Positions 18,201-35,725 of a stretch of 39,219 nt of DNA are shown here, piece by piece. Where the stretch lies: contig CALSCP010001740.1 of NCBI GenBank assembly GCA_943704425.1, positions 1 through 39,219 on the forward strand, read 5' to 3'. The notes under the pieces are model-generated. The model was not told the origin of the DNA and did no database searches. It was given only the letters and a program-made list of their open reading frames with translations. The translations under genes were made by a program, and so were the position numbers. This DNA is from Ministeria vibrans ATCC 50519. Lineage: Eukaryota; Protista; Filasterea. The stretch's first letter is position 1. Every line of letters begins with the position of its first letter.

Positions 18201-20360
18201 GACTGGCGTTTGCTGGGCGTTCAGGCGTTGGAGGCACTTGAATTTGAGATTGCGCGCAAGAGCTTTATTCGCCTGCGCGACTTTCGGTTCTTAAATCTGC
18301 TGTTCACGCTGGAGCAGCAGCGGGCGCGCGGGGGAGCACAGTACTCTCGGACGCTGCTGCAGGCTGATGTGGCGGCGTATCTGGGGCGGTATGGAGAGGC
18401 AGCGCAGCTGTTTGTGAATGCGGGGCGGTCGGAGCGGGCGGTGGAGATGTACACAGACCTGCGGATGTTCGAGGAAGCTCGTGCGGTGGCGCTCATGAAA
18501 CCAACGGGGAGCGTTGATGCGGAGGGGAGTGCGACACAAAAAGGAAAGGATACGATGCAGGAGGAGTCAAAGGGGTCGGTCGATGCGGTGGTGCGCGAGG
18601 AGCAGATGAAACAGCTGGCGCGCAAGGAGGCGGACTGGGCGGCCGAAAGCGACCCGTGGAGTGCTGCATCCATGTACATGGACGCAGGGGAGTCGGTGCA
18701 AGCAGTTCAAGTGTTGGTGGACGCCCGAATGGCCGCGCGTGTTGTGGAGCTGTGTCGCTCACGTGTCAACATGGCCGACAAACCCGCGCTCACCATTGCC
18801 GCAAAGGTACCATATTTATTCGTTAATGCATATAAATTATTATTATGCCTAAACATTGTTGAAATTAAAACAAAAATTATATTAATTTTTGTTGTTTCCT
18901 CTTGTCCCATGACGTGATTGTAGTACTTGGCGGAGAACGATCAGGTTGAGCAGGCGCTTGAGCTGTACAAGAGGATGAATGACCATGAGTCACTGTGTGG
19001 ACTGCTGACGCGCACTCGCCAGTGGGAGGCCGCGTTTGAAGTGGTGGGAGAGCACGCGGAGATGAAGGAGGCAGTATATCTACCGTATGCGGAGTGGCTG
19101 CAAGAGAATGACCGGTTTGACGAAGCGCAGAAGGCTTTTCGCGATGCGGGACGGGCGACGCTTGCTGTGCGCATGCTGGAGCGGCTGGCGCAGATGGCGG
19201 TGGAGCAACGACGCTTTGACGACGCAGCGTACTTTTACCACATGCTGTCGGGGGCACAGGGGTCGGTGGTGGACGCAGCGAGTGCTCAGGGCACTACGGA
19301 AGGAGCGCGCGAGTCACGGGCGCGCGCACGGGTGCGGCGGTTGAGCACTCTGGCGGAGGTGTACTATGCCTATCATTTTGTGCAGCGGTACATGGAGGAG
19401 CCGTTTTCGCGTCTGCAGTCAAGCACGTTGTTCAACATGGCACGCTATCTGCTGCACCAGCTGTATGCCACAGGCGCAGGCGGGGACAGCGCGGCCGATG
19501 CGGCGCCCGGCGTGAGTCGAGTGAATGTGCTGTATGCGCTGGGGAAGAAGGCGCGTGAAGAGAGCGCGTTTAAGCTGGCGCGCCATGCCTTTGATAAGTT
19601 GCAGGCGCTGCGTGCGCCGGCCAAGTGGGCGACGGAGATTAGTGTGGCGGCACTGAGTGTGCGAGCCAAGCCACTGACCGACCGGGAGGACCTGCTTCCG
19701 TTGTGCTACAGGTGCATGACAGTGAATGCGCTGGTGAACATGGCGGGGGCGCACTGTGCGGTGTGTCTGCAGCCCTTTGTGTTTAGCTTCCAGTCGTTTG
19801 ATGTATTGCCGCTCGTTGAGTTTGCACTTGCGCCGGGTGTGAGTGATGATGAGGCGCAGCGGCTCATTCAGAGTGCGGCAGTGCGGCCCTTTGGACAAGC
19901 ATCGTCGAGCAGTGGCAAGGGAGCAAAGTGGCGCGAAAGCACGTCGCCCTCGGGCGCACAGAGCCTGGTGCTTGGCGACGGAGCGGGGGACGAGATGGAG
20001 GAGGAGAATGAAAAGGGGGACGGCGGAGGAGACGAGCGTGTCGCTGATCCTTTTGATGCTAAACACTGGGCACTGGCAACAGAGCGGCAGACGCATTTTC
20101 AGGCAGTGCAGTGCACGCGCGCCCATCTCAAGCGACTGTCGCGCGCAGACGTGTTCATTGTGCGTGCCGGGACCGGTGCGAGTGCAGAGAGTGCTCCGGT
20201 GCGTTACTTCCGCAATATGATGCCCGACTCGACGCATATCCGTCAGTGTGCCTCCTGTCAGCGCTTCTTCTACAGCGATGAGTTTGAGCTGGCCGCCCTT
20301 CAGCACAAGGGGTGCCCTTTCTGTCGCTGCGATCGCATCGCAATGCTCTTTCCCTCCTAA
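15269..20360 (+). CDS. IFT122: Intraflagellar transport protein 122 (IFT-A, WDR10), about 11 exons
   Basis: N-terminal WD40 repeats ([39 protein letters not shown]), [72 protein letters not shown] and the C-terminal CPFCR. Confidence 0.96.
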
Positions 20361-20391
20361 CTGGTTCTTTTTTCTTTTTTTTTTGTACGTG

Positions 20392-20460
<69 letters not shown>

Positions 20461-20481
20461 AGTGATAGTGAAAAAGGTTCT

Positions 20482-21567
<1,086 letters not shown>

Positions 21568-22001
21568 GATGTTAATATAACGTACTGGCAACGCAGATAT
21601 TGGTAATAAGTTTAATACAAAATCAAACTCAAATTATGAGTCAAATAAGATTACATTTCATATCATATGATTGATTTGGCGATGAATGGCGATCGGGGCA
21701 CCACCATGCGTGCGTGTCAGATTAGTCAATGCCCAGCCGGTCAATCACTGCAGATAGAGACTTTTCCTGTCTCAATTCTCTTTTGATTTCGAGTTGATCA
21801 GCTAAAAAAGAAAAAAAAACCCCCATTCGATTGTTCTGAATTTTTTGAGTGGCATGTGAATAATTATTATGTATGCGTGTCAAGAATGAATGTATCAATA
21901 GAAGACTAATGCAGTCCTCGAGTGAACAGAGGCGCGGCGCGACACAGGCCAACTCTCGTACACTCATCACATCCATCCGTTGGAATAGTGCGTCTTGGGT
22001 C

Positions 22002-22615
22002 TCAGAGAGAGTCGACGGGAGTGAGAGTGCGCTTGAGAATAGTGTCGTGTCCTCGGAAGAGATAGTACGCTTGAAAGAGCTGCCCAGCAAACAGCAAGGG
22101 AAGCCAGTCGCGGTCGTCCGCCCACATCTGGTCGTACGGGATGGTCTGCTGTGTGAACCACTCGGGTCGCATCTCCTCACTCTCCGTCACCTCCCCCGTG
22201 AATCCGTCCCCTCGAAACACATGCACTTCAAGGAGAGTTGCGTCTCCCTCAAATTCAAAGTCGAGGCGCCCCGCCAGGCGCAGCGGGGACGCAATGCCCG
22301 CCTCCTCCTTCAGCTCCCTCTACGTGTCCCCGTCAGTCAGTCAGTCCGTCTCCGTCTCCTTCTCCCCTTGCTCCCTTACCAACGCTCCTTCGAGAATCGT
22401 CTCGCCAACCTCAACCTTGCCCCCAAACCCATTGTATTTTCCTGCGTAGACCAGACGATGGACAGTGAGTGAGCGAGTGAGTAAGTGAGAGAGAAACAGA
22501 TTGAGAAATCACATTTCCTACCCATTCCAAATCCTCGCTTCTTCATTCCAAGAAGTACCCTGTTCTCTGGAACACACACAAGTGCCAACGTTAAAACCTT
22601 TCGCTTCATAGACAT
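22002..22615 (-). CDS. NUDT1: Oxidized purine nucleoside triphosphate hydrolase (MTH1/NUDT1), 3 exons
   Basis: VLLGMKKRGFG.GKYNGFGGKVE.GETI.EGA.RELKEEAG (Nudix box), ESEEMRP.WF and IPYDQMWADD..WLPL. Confidence 0.95.
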
Positions 22616-22832
22616 TGAACAATTCTGAATGATTCGTATTTCCGATTTCGTCTAAAATCTGAATTGTCCGATGACTGATCTGTCAATTTTTTTTCAATCC
22701 GACCTTATCGTATTCAATCCGCTCTGCACCGCCTCGTGCTCTTCTTTGCCGATTGATAACGAATCAGACCATCCAGACAAGCTAGGCCACACGCAGTGCC
22801 TTTGTTGTTCTCCATTGTGTCCTCCATCTGCA

Positions 22833-24944
22833 ATGGCCGACCAACCGACATTGCCAGACACAATGCGCATGGGCGATGCGCCTCCGCCGGTATGGGTGGG
22901 TGGGTGCCGAGAGAAGGGGTGTGTTGTGGGTGTGGCGTGCACTGCGCAGCCCCCAGCGGGCGCTGACGGCGCTGGCTGTGTAGGGCGTGCCGCTCAGCCT
23001 GAAGCGACGACAGTCTGTTGCGCCCCGGCCCAGTCCGTCGGTACGTCTCTCTGTTTGTTGCTTCAAACGTATTCCGAAACCCTTCTAATCCTTGCTGGCG
23101 GGTGTAGGAGCCGAGCACGCCTGGTTTTGGCGAGTACGAATCCTCTGCTGCGCAACTGCGTCTCCTTGACTCCTGTCTTCTTGTGTTAGGTCGCTTACTC
23201 GCTCGGCCTATGTGCCCCTGGCGTTCACCGAGAAGAAGAAAGTCTTTGTCATCTACACTGGCGGTACCATCGGCATGACACTGCAAAAGGATGGCTCACT
23301 GGGCCCTCAAAAGGGTAACCAGCACAACGCTGCAGTGCCCTCACGCTTACCTCGCATTGCATTGGTTGGTGATAGGCTACCTTACGGAGCAGCTCAGGTC
23401 ACTGCCTGAGATTGTGGACCAGAAGAATTTAGAGTGCGATATTCACGAGTGGGAAGAAGTGTTGGGTATGCAATGGTTGTCAAAGCGAACGACTCCAAAA
23501 AAGACATTTTGTGCACCTAGACTCGTCAGACGTTGAAATTGAAGACTGGAAGAGGCTGGCCCTTGAGATCCGCGACCACTACTTGGACTACGACGGATTT
23601 GTTGTGGTGCACGGCACAGACACCATGGCATACACTGCCTGCGCACTCTCCTTCATGCTGGAGAACCTCGGTATTTTCACAAACAGAAGCCGAGTTCGCA
23701 CTGACACGCGTGTGTGTGTGTCTCTCTCTCTCTATCACTTTGTTTTTTTCTCCCTCCTTTCTCTCTCTCTCTCTATCACTTTGTTTTTTTCTCCCTCCTT
23801 TCTCTCTCTCTCTATCACTTTGTTTCTTTCTCCCTCCTTTCTCTCTCTCTCTCTATCACTTTGTTTCTTTCTCCCTCCTTTCTCTCTGTCTCTGTCTCTG
23901 TCTCTGTCTCTGTCTCTGTCTCTGTCTCTGTCTCTGTCTCTGTCTCTGTCTCTGTCTCTGTCTCTGTCTCTGTCTCTGTCTCTGTCTCTTTCTCTCTCTC
24001 TCTCTCTTTCTCTGCTTGCAGCAAAACCTGTCGTCATTACTGGCTCGCAGATCCCATTTGTCAACTTTTTCAACGACGCGCGGCGCAACCTTATCGTGTC
24101 TATCATGTACGCCGCCGAGCACGACATCCCCGAGGTCTGCATCTTCTTCAACAACGTCCTCCTACGCGGATGCCGCGCCACCAAGGTAGACACGTCCATC
24201 CATACTCACTCACTAATTCACTGATTAGACGGATGCAAATGGACTGAGTGCATTTACCAGCCCTAATTGTCCTGTGCTGGGAACCCTTGCAACGCAAATG
24301 TCCGTCAACACAGATATTGTGCTCAATCAGCCAAAGTCGCGCTTTCGCACATACACCGAGTTCTCCTCCGAGGTGTGTGTGTTCTCGCTCACCCCCGGCT
24401 TCAGCGACCGCGCCCTGCAGAACCTGCTGCAGCCGCCCCTGGCCGGTCTCGTTCTTTGCATGTACGGCGTGGGCAACGCTCCACAGAAGCGCGCAGGGCT
24501 CATGAAGACGCTCAAGAGCGCCATTGACCGCGGCGTCGTCATTGTTGTCGTGTCGCAGTGCCTTACAGGCCGGGTACGCTTACACACACTTATTTTTATC
24601 ATCATTGTGATAATAATAATTATAATAATTATAATTATAATAATAATTATTATTATTATTATTATATTAATAATAATATTAAAATAATCATAATTATTTT
24701 ATTTTTTATTATTGTGTGTGTGTGTGTGTCCGTCTCACTGTGCTTTCTTCAACAGGTCAACTTGACTACGTACGCCAATGGGCTCAAGTTACATGGTATT
24801 GGGGTTGTATCTGGAGGAGATCTGACGCGCGAATGTGCCGCTGTCAAGCTTGCCTATCTGCTGGGCAAGAAACTGCCTCCAGATGAAGTCAAGCGCCTCA
24901 TGATGGTCTCTCTGCGCGGCGAACTCACACCCTCTCCTCCTTAG
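22833..24944 (+). CDS. Type I (cytoplasmic) L-asparaginase without ankyrin tail. The 5' exons are uncertain.
   Basis: IYTGGTIGM, DSSD, YDGFVVVHGTDTMAYTA.ALSFMLENLAKPVVITGSQIP, RG.R.TK, YGVGNAP, SQC..G and DLT.E.A..KL.YLL, ending SLRGELT. Confidence 0.93.
23720..24010. repeat. Intronic minisatellite (CTATCACTTTGTTTCTTTCTCCCTCC units) plus a (CTCTGT)n hexamer tract
   Basis: Four copies of the unit followed by about 17 CTCTGT hexamers. The unit is the reverse complement of the one at 3675-3900. Confidence 0.95.
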
Positions 24945-25109
24945 ACATGCACACACACAAGCACACAAGCACACAAAAACACCCGCTCCGTGTATGTGTG
25001 TGTGTGTCTGCTTCTATATCTCCGTCTCGCTACTCTTGTCGTATATCCAATTCGTTGACATTACACAGTTTTTTTTATATTGCTATTATTTTACATGCTG
25101 GGATTGGGT

Positions 25110-30136
<5,027 letters not shown>

Positions 30137-30158
30137 CTACACGGAGTCCAATTATGAC

Positions 30159-30248
<90 letters not shown>

Positions 30249-30253
30249 TCTCT

Positions 30254-31149
30254 NNNNNNNNNNNNNNNNNNNNNNNNNNNNNNNNNNNNNNNNNNNNNNN
30301 NNNNNNNNNNNNNNNNNNNNNNNNNNNNNNNNNNNNNNNNNNNNNNNNNNNNNNNNNNNNNNNNNNNNNNNNNNNNNNNNNNNNNNNNNNNNNNNNNNNN
30401 NNNNNNNNNNNNNNNNNNNNNNNNNNNNNNNNNNNNNNNNNNNNNNNNNNNNNNNNNNNNNNNNNNNNNNNNNNNNNNNNNNNNNNNNNNNNNNNNNNNN
30501 NNNNNNNNNNNNNNNNNNNNNNNNNNNNNNNNNNNNNNNNNNNNNNNNNNNNNNNNNNNNNNNNNNNNNNNNNNNNNNNNNNNNNNNNNNNNNNNNNNNN
30601 NNNNNNNNNNNNNNNNNNNNNNNNNNNNNNNNNNNNNNNNNNNNNNNNNNNNNNNNNNNNNNNNNNNNNNNNNNNNNNNNNNNNNNNNNNNNNNNNNNNN
30701 NNNNNNNNNNNNNNNNNNNNNNNNNNNNNNNNNNNNNNNNNNNNNNNNNNNNNNNNNNNNNNNNNNNNNNNNNNNNNNNNNNNNNNNNNNNNNNNNNNNN
30801 NNNNNNNNNNNNNNNNNNNNNNNNNNNNNNNNNNNNNNNNNNNNNNNNNNNNNNNNNNNNNNNNNNNNNNNNNNNNNNNNNNNNNNNNNNNNNNNNNNNN
30901 NNNNNNNNNNNNNNNNNNNNNNNNNNNNNNNNNNNNNNNNNNNNNNNNNNNNNNNNNNNNNNNNNNNNNNNNNNNNNNNNNNNNNNNNNNNNNNNNNNNN
31001 NNNNNNNNNNNNNNNNNNNNNNNNNNNNNNNNNNNNNNNNNNNNNNNNNNNNNNNNNNNNNNNNNNNNNNNNNNNNNNNNNNNNNNNNNNNNNNNNNNNN
31101 NNNNNNNNNNNNNNNNNNNNNNNNNNNNNNNNNNNNNNNNNNNNNNNNN
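30254..31149. other. Assembly gap (N run)
   Basis: Run of N, flanked on the left by (GA)n. Confidence 1.
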
Positions 31150-31644
31150 TTTTTTTCTCTCTTGTGTCTTTCAAATCGAATCTCTCCGGATGCGATGCAG
31201 CCGTCTCTCGACGCCGATCTATGTGTGGCGCAGCAGACTGAGGCGCGCCAGCAAACGCTGGAGCGTCGTAGATCCGTCTCAATCGGCCGTTTTCTATTCT
31301 TGTTTGGGGCGTGGCAAAAAAAAAGACTTCTCATTGTGGAACGTCTTGCGCTATTCTGCTTGTGCGGCCGACCACCGCGTGTGATGTGGCGTGCACCTTA
31401 TGGGCCCGTCCAGTTCGCGCGCTTGGTTTCCCTGTGAAGCTCCGCTGAAGTGTTGATTCTAAAAAAAAGAGAAAAAGAAAAGAAAAAAAACCCCCACCGG
31501 GCGGGTTTGCGAACGTCGCGTGGGTGTGTGTGCTTGACGGCAGAGCATGGGATGTGTTTTGTGGGTGTTTCAGTCTGGCTGCGTCAATTCGTTCGTGCTC
31601 CTCTGATCATTTTTATCATTCTTTTGTATAGACTTCAAGACAGA

Positions 31645-32563
31645 ATGCGTGAGTACAAGTTGGTCGTTCTCGGATCCGGTGGTGTCGGCAAGTCGGCGCT
31701 GGTAAGGCTTTTAAACATGCCACGGAGCGAGCGAGAAAGAGCGAGAGAGAGAGAGCGGACGCATTTTTTTCTTTCCTTTTTTCTATTTCGCACCAACGAG
31801 AAGAAGGAAGGAGAGAGGAGTTGAAAAGGGAAAGTGATTCATGGAAGGAGTGAGGAAGTGAGTGAGACCGTGTTCGGTGTGTTCGCTGTGAGGGTGTGTG
31901 TGAGTGCGGGGGCTCGAGAGGTGTGAATGCGACGCTGACGTCAACACTTTTTATTTTTGTCCTTTTGCAGACAGTTCAATTTGTCCAGGGCATCTTTGTG
32001 GAGAAATACGATCCGACAATCGAAGATTCTTACAGGTATGAGTTGAATTCCCGGTCTCTTCTGCTTCTTTGTTGTTGTGAACTCACGAACGGAAATAATT
32101 GCATTTTATTTTTTAATTAAATGTTAGGAAACAAGTTGAGGTTGATGGCCTTCAATGTATGCTGGAGATTCTGGACACAGCAGGAACGGAGCAGTTCACG
32201 GCAATGCGTGATCTGTACATGAAGAATGGACAGGGCTTCGTGCTCGTCTACTCGATTACAGCGACGTCGACCTTTATCGACTTGGACGACCTGCGCGAGC
32301 AGATTCTGCGAGTCAAGGACGCAGATAGTATCCCCATGGTGCTTGTGGGTAACAAGAGCGATCTTGAGGACGAGCGAGCGGTGACCAAGGACCAGGGAAG
32401 CGAGAAGGCCAAGAAGTGGGGCTGCTCGCTGCTCGAGTCGTCTGCAAAGTCTAAGGTGAACGTCAACGAGATCTTCTACGACTTGGTGCGTCAGATCAAC
32501 GCTGCGGATCCCGGCTCGAGAAGCAAGGGCGCCAAGAAGAAGGGTGGTTGCACGCTCTTGTAA
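31645..32563 (+). CDS. RAP1: Rap1 small GTPase, 3 coding exons
   Basis: [69 protein letters not shown] (Rap-type T61), NKSD, and a polybasic tail with CAAX motif CTLL. Confidence 0.97.
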
Positions 32564-32770
32564 TCCATTTGAACAACCCAGAGAGAGGAGAGAGAGAGTG
32601 TGTGAGAGAGAAAGAGAGAGACCCCTTTTTTACTCCCTATTAACGAGAGAGTGTGACGACGAGCGAGTGCGCCTGTGCACAGTAAACAAACAGAAAAATA
32701 TATTTTGTTATTAAATTGTCCCGTTAATTCGTTTTGAGAAAAACGCTCAAGTTTACAAATTCGCCTCTCA

Positions 32771-32910
32771 TTGAGGTCATGTCTCCTTTGTGAGGTTTAG
32801 ACTTAGAGAATAGAGATGGCGTCTCATTTGTTCGTTTTAGAGATGGTGCCTCAATTGCTCGGTTTAGAGATCATGTTTCTTTTGTTCGTTGTAGATATGG
32901 CGTCTCTCAT
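32771..32910. repeat. Degenerate 27-bp tandem repeat (consensus about TAGAGATGGYGTCTCWTTTGTTCGTTT)
   Basis: Units start at 32811, 32838, 32865 and 32892 (exact 27-nt spacing), with a further related unit at 32771. Confidence 0.85.
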
Positions 32911-33026
32911 AGTGTGTTGCTCAAAGCGCACTCAATAAAAAAAATTCCGGAAAAAAAAAACGAAGCAGTTGAATGGGTTGTGTATAGAGAGAGAGAGAGA
33001 CAGGGGGAGAAGATAAAAAGGCGAGT

Positions 33027-34209
33027 CTAAGTGGACGAGGGAGAGAGGTCGGAGGACGCGCGGACAAAGTGGAAGTAGTCGAGGGTGTAGTGGGGCAGGG
33101 AGCAGGACTGGCGGTCGAGAGGACGGTAGCCGTGGAGGGCAGTCGGGTGCAGAGCGGCGTCGGGCGACGACTGCTCGGTCGCAAAGACGGAGACAGACAC
33201 ACGACCTGGCTGGAACAGACGCAGCACCTTGTTGACGACGCAGGTGAAAGGCTGCGTGTGAATGTTGGTCTCGAACGAGACGTACGAGCACTCGGGCTGC
33301 GGTGTGATGTGAATGGTGAAGTAGCAGTCGTCGAGGACGCCGTTGACAGAGTATCCGCACGGGTCAAACATCACCTCGTCCGTGACCGCCTCGGGGAAGA
33401 TGGTGGCAATACCGCTCGTCTTGGTGGTTGTCTTGCTGTCGACAAAGTCGTGCAACTTGTAAAACTGCACCATCGTTTCCAGAGGCAGATGCGTCATAAT
33501 CACCTCAAGCGTCTGGTCGGCCATAACTGCCGCTTTGGGCTGCGTTCGTGCCACGACTGTAGCGGGTGGCGTCGCAGGTGCATTGTCGTCGTCGTCGTTG
33601 GTGGTGGTGCTGGAGGACATAAGTGACGCTGGCGACTGAAGGCCTGAAGAGGGCGTACCAGGCGGCGTGCTGTGGTGATCGAGCATGTAGAGGTGCCAAG
33701 CGTCGCCATTGATGCGACCCAGTGTGTAGGCAATGCCGCGGTGACTGAGAATGTCGTCAAGAAAGGCGACCTCAGCGTCAAAGCTATAGTGCGGAAAGGA
33801 CTGTTCTTCGGGACGAGAGAAGTTTTTGCGCGAGAAGAACAGGTCGCGCACGACGTGGAGGCCGCAACGAGCGGGCGCCACCTGAATGACTTCCTTCATG
33901 ATGGCCAGGAGAGTCGTCGTGCCGCACGTCTTGAGGACAAAGTGATCATCCCAGACGAAGAGAGAGCTCTCGCTGAGCACATACGAGTCGAGATGGTCGT
34001 TGCTGCGCTGACTGACAATCGTACACTTGCACAACGTCAACAGCTCGGCCCACTCGTTCTCACGCAGAACACGGAGTCCGCGGTATCCAGTCGACGGACA
34101 CACCTGAAATTCGTCGGGTCGCTACAAACCACAACACAATGATGATAAGATTCAATTCTACTTGAAGCAGCACGAAGGAGGCGGGCAGAGAGCGAACACG
34201 ACAGGGAAC

Positions 34210-34247
<38 letters not shown>

Positions 34248-34654
34248 CAGTCCACGAGGGTGGAGCGTTGTCAGATGGAAGGCATGAGAGAAAAAAANNN
34301 NNNNNNNNNNNNNNNNNNNNNNNNNNNNNNNNNNNNNNNNNNNNNNNNNNNNNNNNNNNNNNNNNNNNNNNNNNNNNNNNNNNNNNNNNNNNNNNNNNNN
34401 NNNNNNNNNNNNNNNNNNNNNNNNNNNNNNNNNNNNNNNNNNNNNNNNNNNNNNNNNNNNNNNNNNNNNNNNNNNNNNNNNNNNNNNNNNNNNNNNNNNN
34501 NNNNNNNNNNNNNNNNNNNNNNNAAAAAAAAAAAGAAAAGAAAAAAAAAACGCACCTCAAACCAAATTTCACAGAGTTTCTCAGCACCCTCGAAGAAGCC
34601 AACGTCGGGAAGGGAGGCGAGGGCATCCACCGGGTTTTCCTTGGAGGGGGGCAT
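33027..34654 (-). CDS. AMD1: S-adenosylmethionine decarboxylase proenzyme (eukaryotic type), 2 exons
   Basis: Starts at gccgccATG (34654). Motifs FFEGAEKLCEIWF, DSYVLSESSLFV (pyruvoyl cleavage site), LKTCGTT, DQTLEVIM, FDPCGYSVNG and TIHITP..SYVSFETN are present. A phase-0 intron spans 34104-34555 and contains a gap. Confidence 0.96.
34298..34523. other. Assembly gap (N run) inside the AdoMetDC intron
   Basis: Run of N. Confidence 1.
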
Positions 34655-34704
34655 GGCGGCGGGGGCGGCGGGGAAGGAGGAGGAGGGGACGGGGGCAAGG
34701 GCTG

Positions 34705-34950
34705 CTATGATGGCTCCCACTCACGCTCGCAGTTCACGTCGAGCTGTTCACGGTAGCGACTGAGTTGCGCGGGAGTGAGCGGCGGAGTCTTGCGTGGAGG
34801 CGGGGTGACGACGGAAGACGTGATGCTGACGTGCGGTGGACGCGTGTCTGGTTGCCGTGCCACGACGGTTACCAAGCACTCTCTCTCTCTTTCGTTCTTT
34901 TCGCTCAAATACAGACGCTCGCCGAACGAACGGAGCGTGCACAGAGCCAA
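34705..34950 (-). promoter_or_regulatory. Non-AUG upstream ORF (uCC-like) in the AdoMetDC 5' leader, ending WEPS-stop
   Basis: An open frame without AUG ends ...QLSRYREQLDVNCEREWEPS-TAG, 50 nt before the main AUG and out of frame with it. In-frame near-cognate starts are TTG 34950, GTG 34863, ATC 34824 and ACG 34821. The actual start is unknown. Confidence 0.8.
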
Positions 34951-35073
34951 GAAAAAAGATGATTGAGTTGATTCCGATAATGAATATTCGATTTTCCAAA
35001 TTCCAATTGGAAATCAATCATCAAAAAGTAAAAACCAAAAAGTTTAAAGAAGACCAAAGACCAAAATAATTCC

Positions 35074-35592
35074 ATGTCTTCAGTTTCGGAACGACGCGTT
35101 GAAGGAGGAGGAGAAAGAAGAGCCGTTGCGTCGGGAGGAGCGCCGCCGCGGGAACACCCGGCGGGAGCGCAGCCGTTTGACCAGTTTCCGTCTGCCGTCG
35201 ACGTAACGCTGTTGGACAAGCTGCAGCAGGATGCAGGGCGCCTGGCAGACGAGGTGGACGCCGTGCTTGTGGGGCTGCGGCGGGACGTGCACACGGCGTG
35301 CTCGCACACGGCCCGTGGCGCCGAGGTGTACGCGACGGCCGTCGACTCGATCGGCAGCGAAGTCGACACTTGTCTGCGCTCCATGGCGTCGCTCATTGCC
35401 AAGTGCGAGGAGCTCGACCGCGGCATGGGCCCCGTTGAACACATCCGCACTGAAATGTAAGCGGGCGAGGCACAGACGTGCGCATTTCAGCCGCAGACGG
35501 ATTGTTGATGGTGACACTGTTGTGTTTGTGTGTGTTTGTGCAGCAAAGGAATCAAGCAGGCGCTCAGTGTCATCGAAGATCTTGTAAAGTAG
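35074..35592 (+). CDS. BORCS6: BLOC-1-related complex subunit 6 (lyspersin C-terminal domain), 2 exons
   Basis: VD..LL..L...A..L...VD..L..L..Y..AVDS.G..VD.....M..LIAKCEELDR.M.PV......IK.IK..L..IE.LVK matches the BORCS6 C-terminal pattern. The intron lies at about 35457-35543. Confidence 0.8.
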
Positions 35593-35684
35593 GCGGGCGA
35601 TGCGACGGTTGAATAAGTTGGATGCGTATCGGTACCTGGCTCGATTGTGAATGGTGTACCAGTAATAAATGTTTAGAGTTGTGT

Positions 35685-35720
<36 letters not shown>

Positions 35721-35725
35721 TATAT

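Noticed and set aside
21722-21980. Exon-like fragment (ADQLEIKRELRQEKSLSAVIDRLGID-stop) or snoRNA between NUDT1 and UBC13
   Set aside because: There is no convincing start, splice partner, homology or paired C/D boxes. Transcript data would be needed.
32771-32910. CRISPR-like interpretation of the periodic repeats here and at 3675-3900
   Set aside because: These are contiguous tandem units without unique spacers, in a eukaryotic context with no cas genes.
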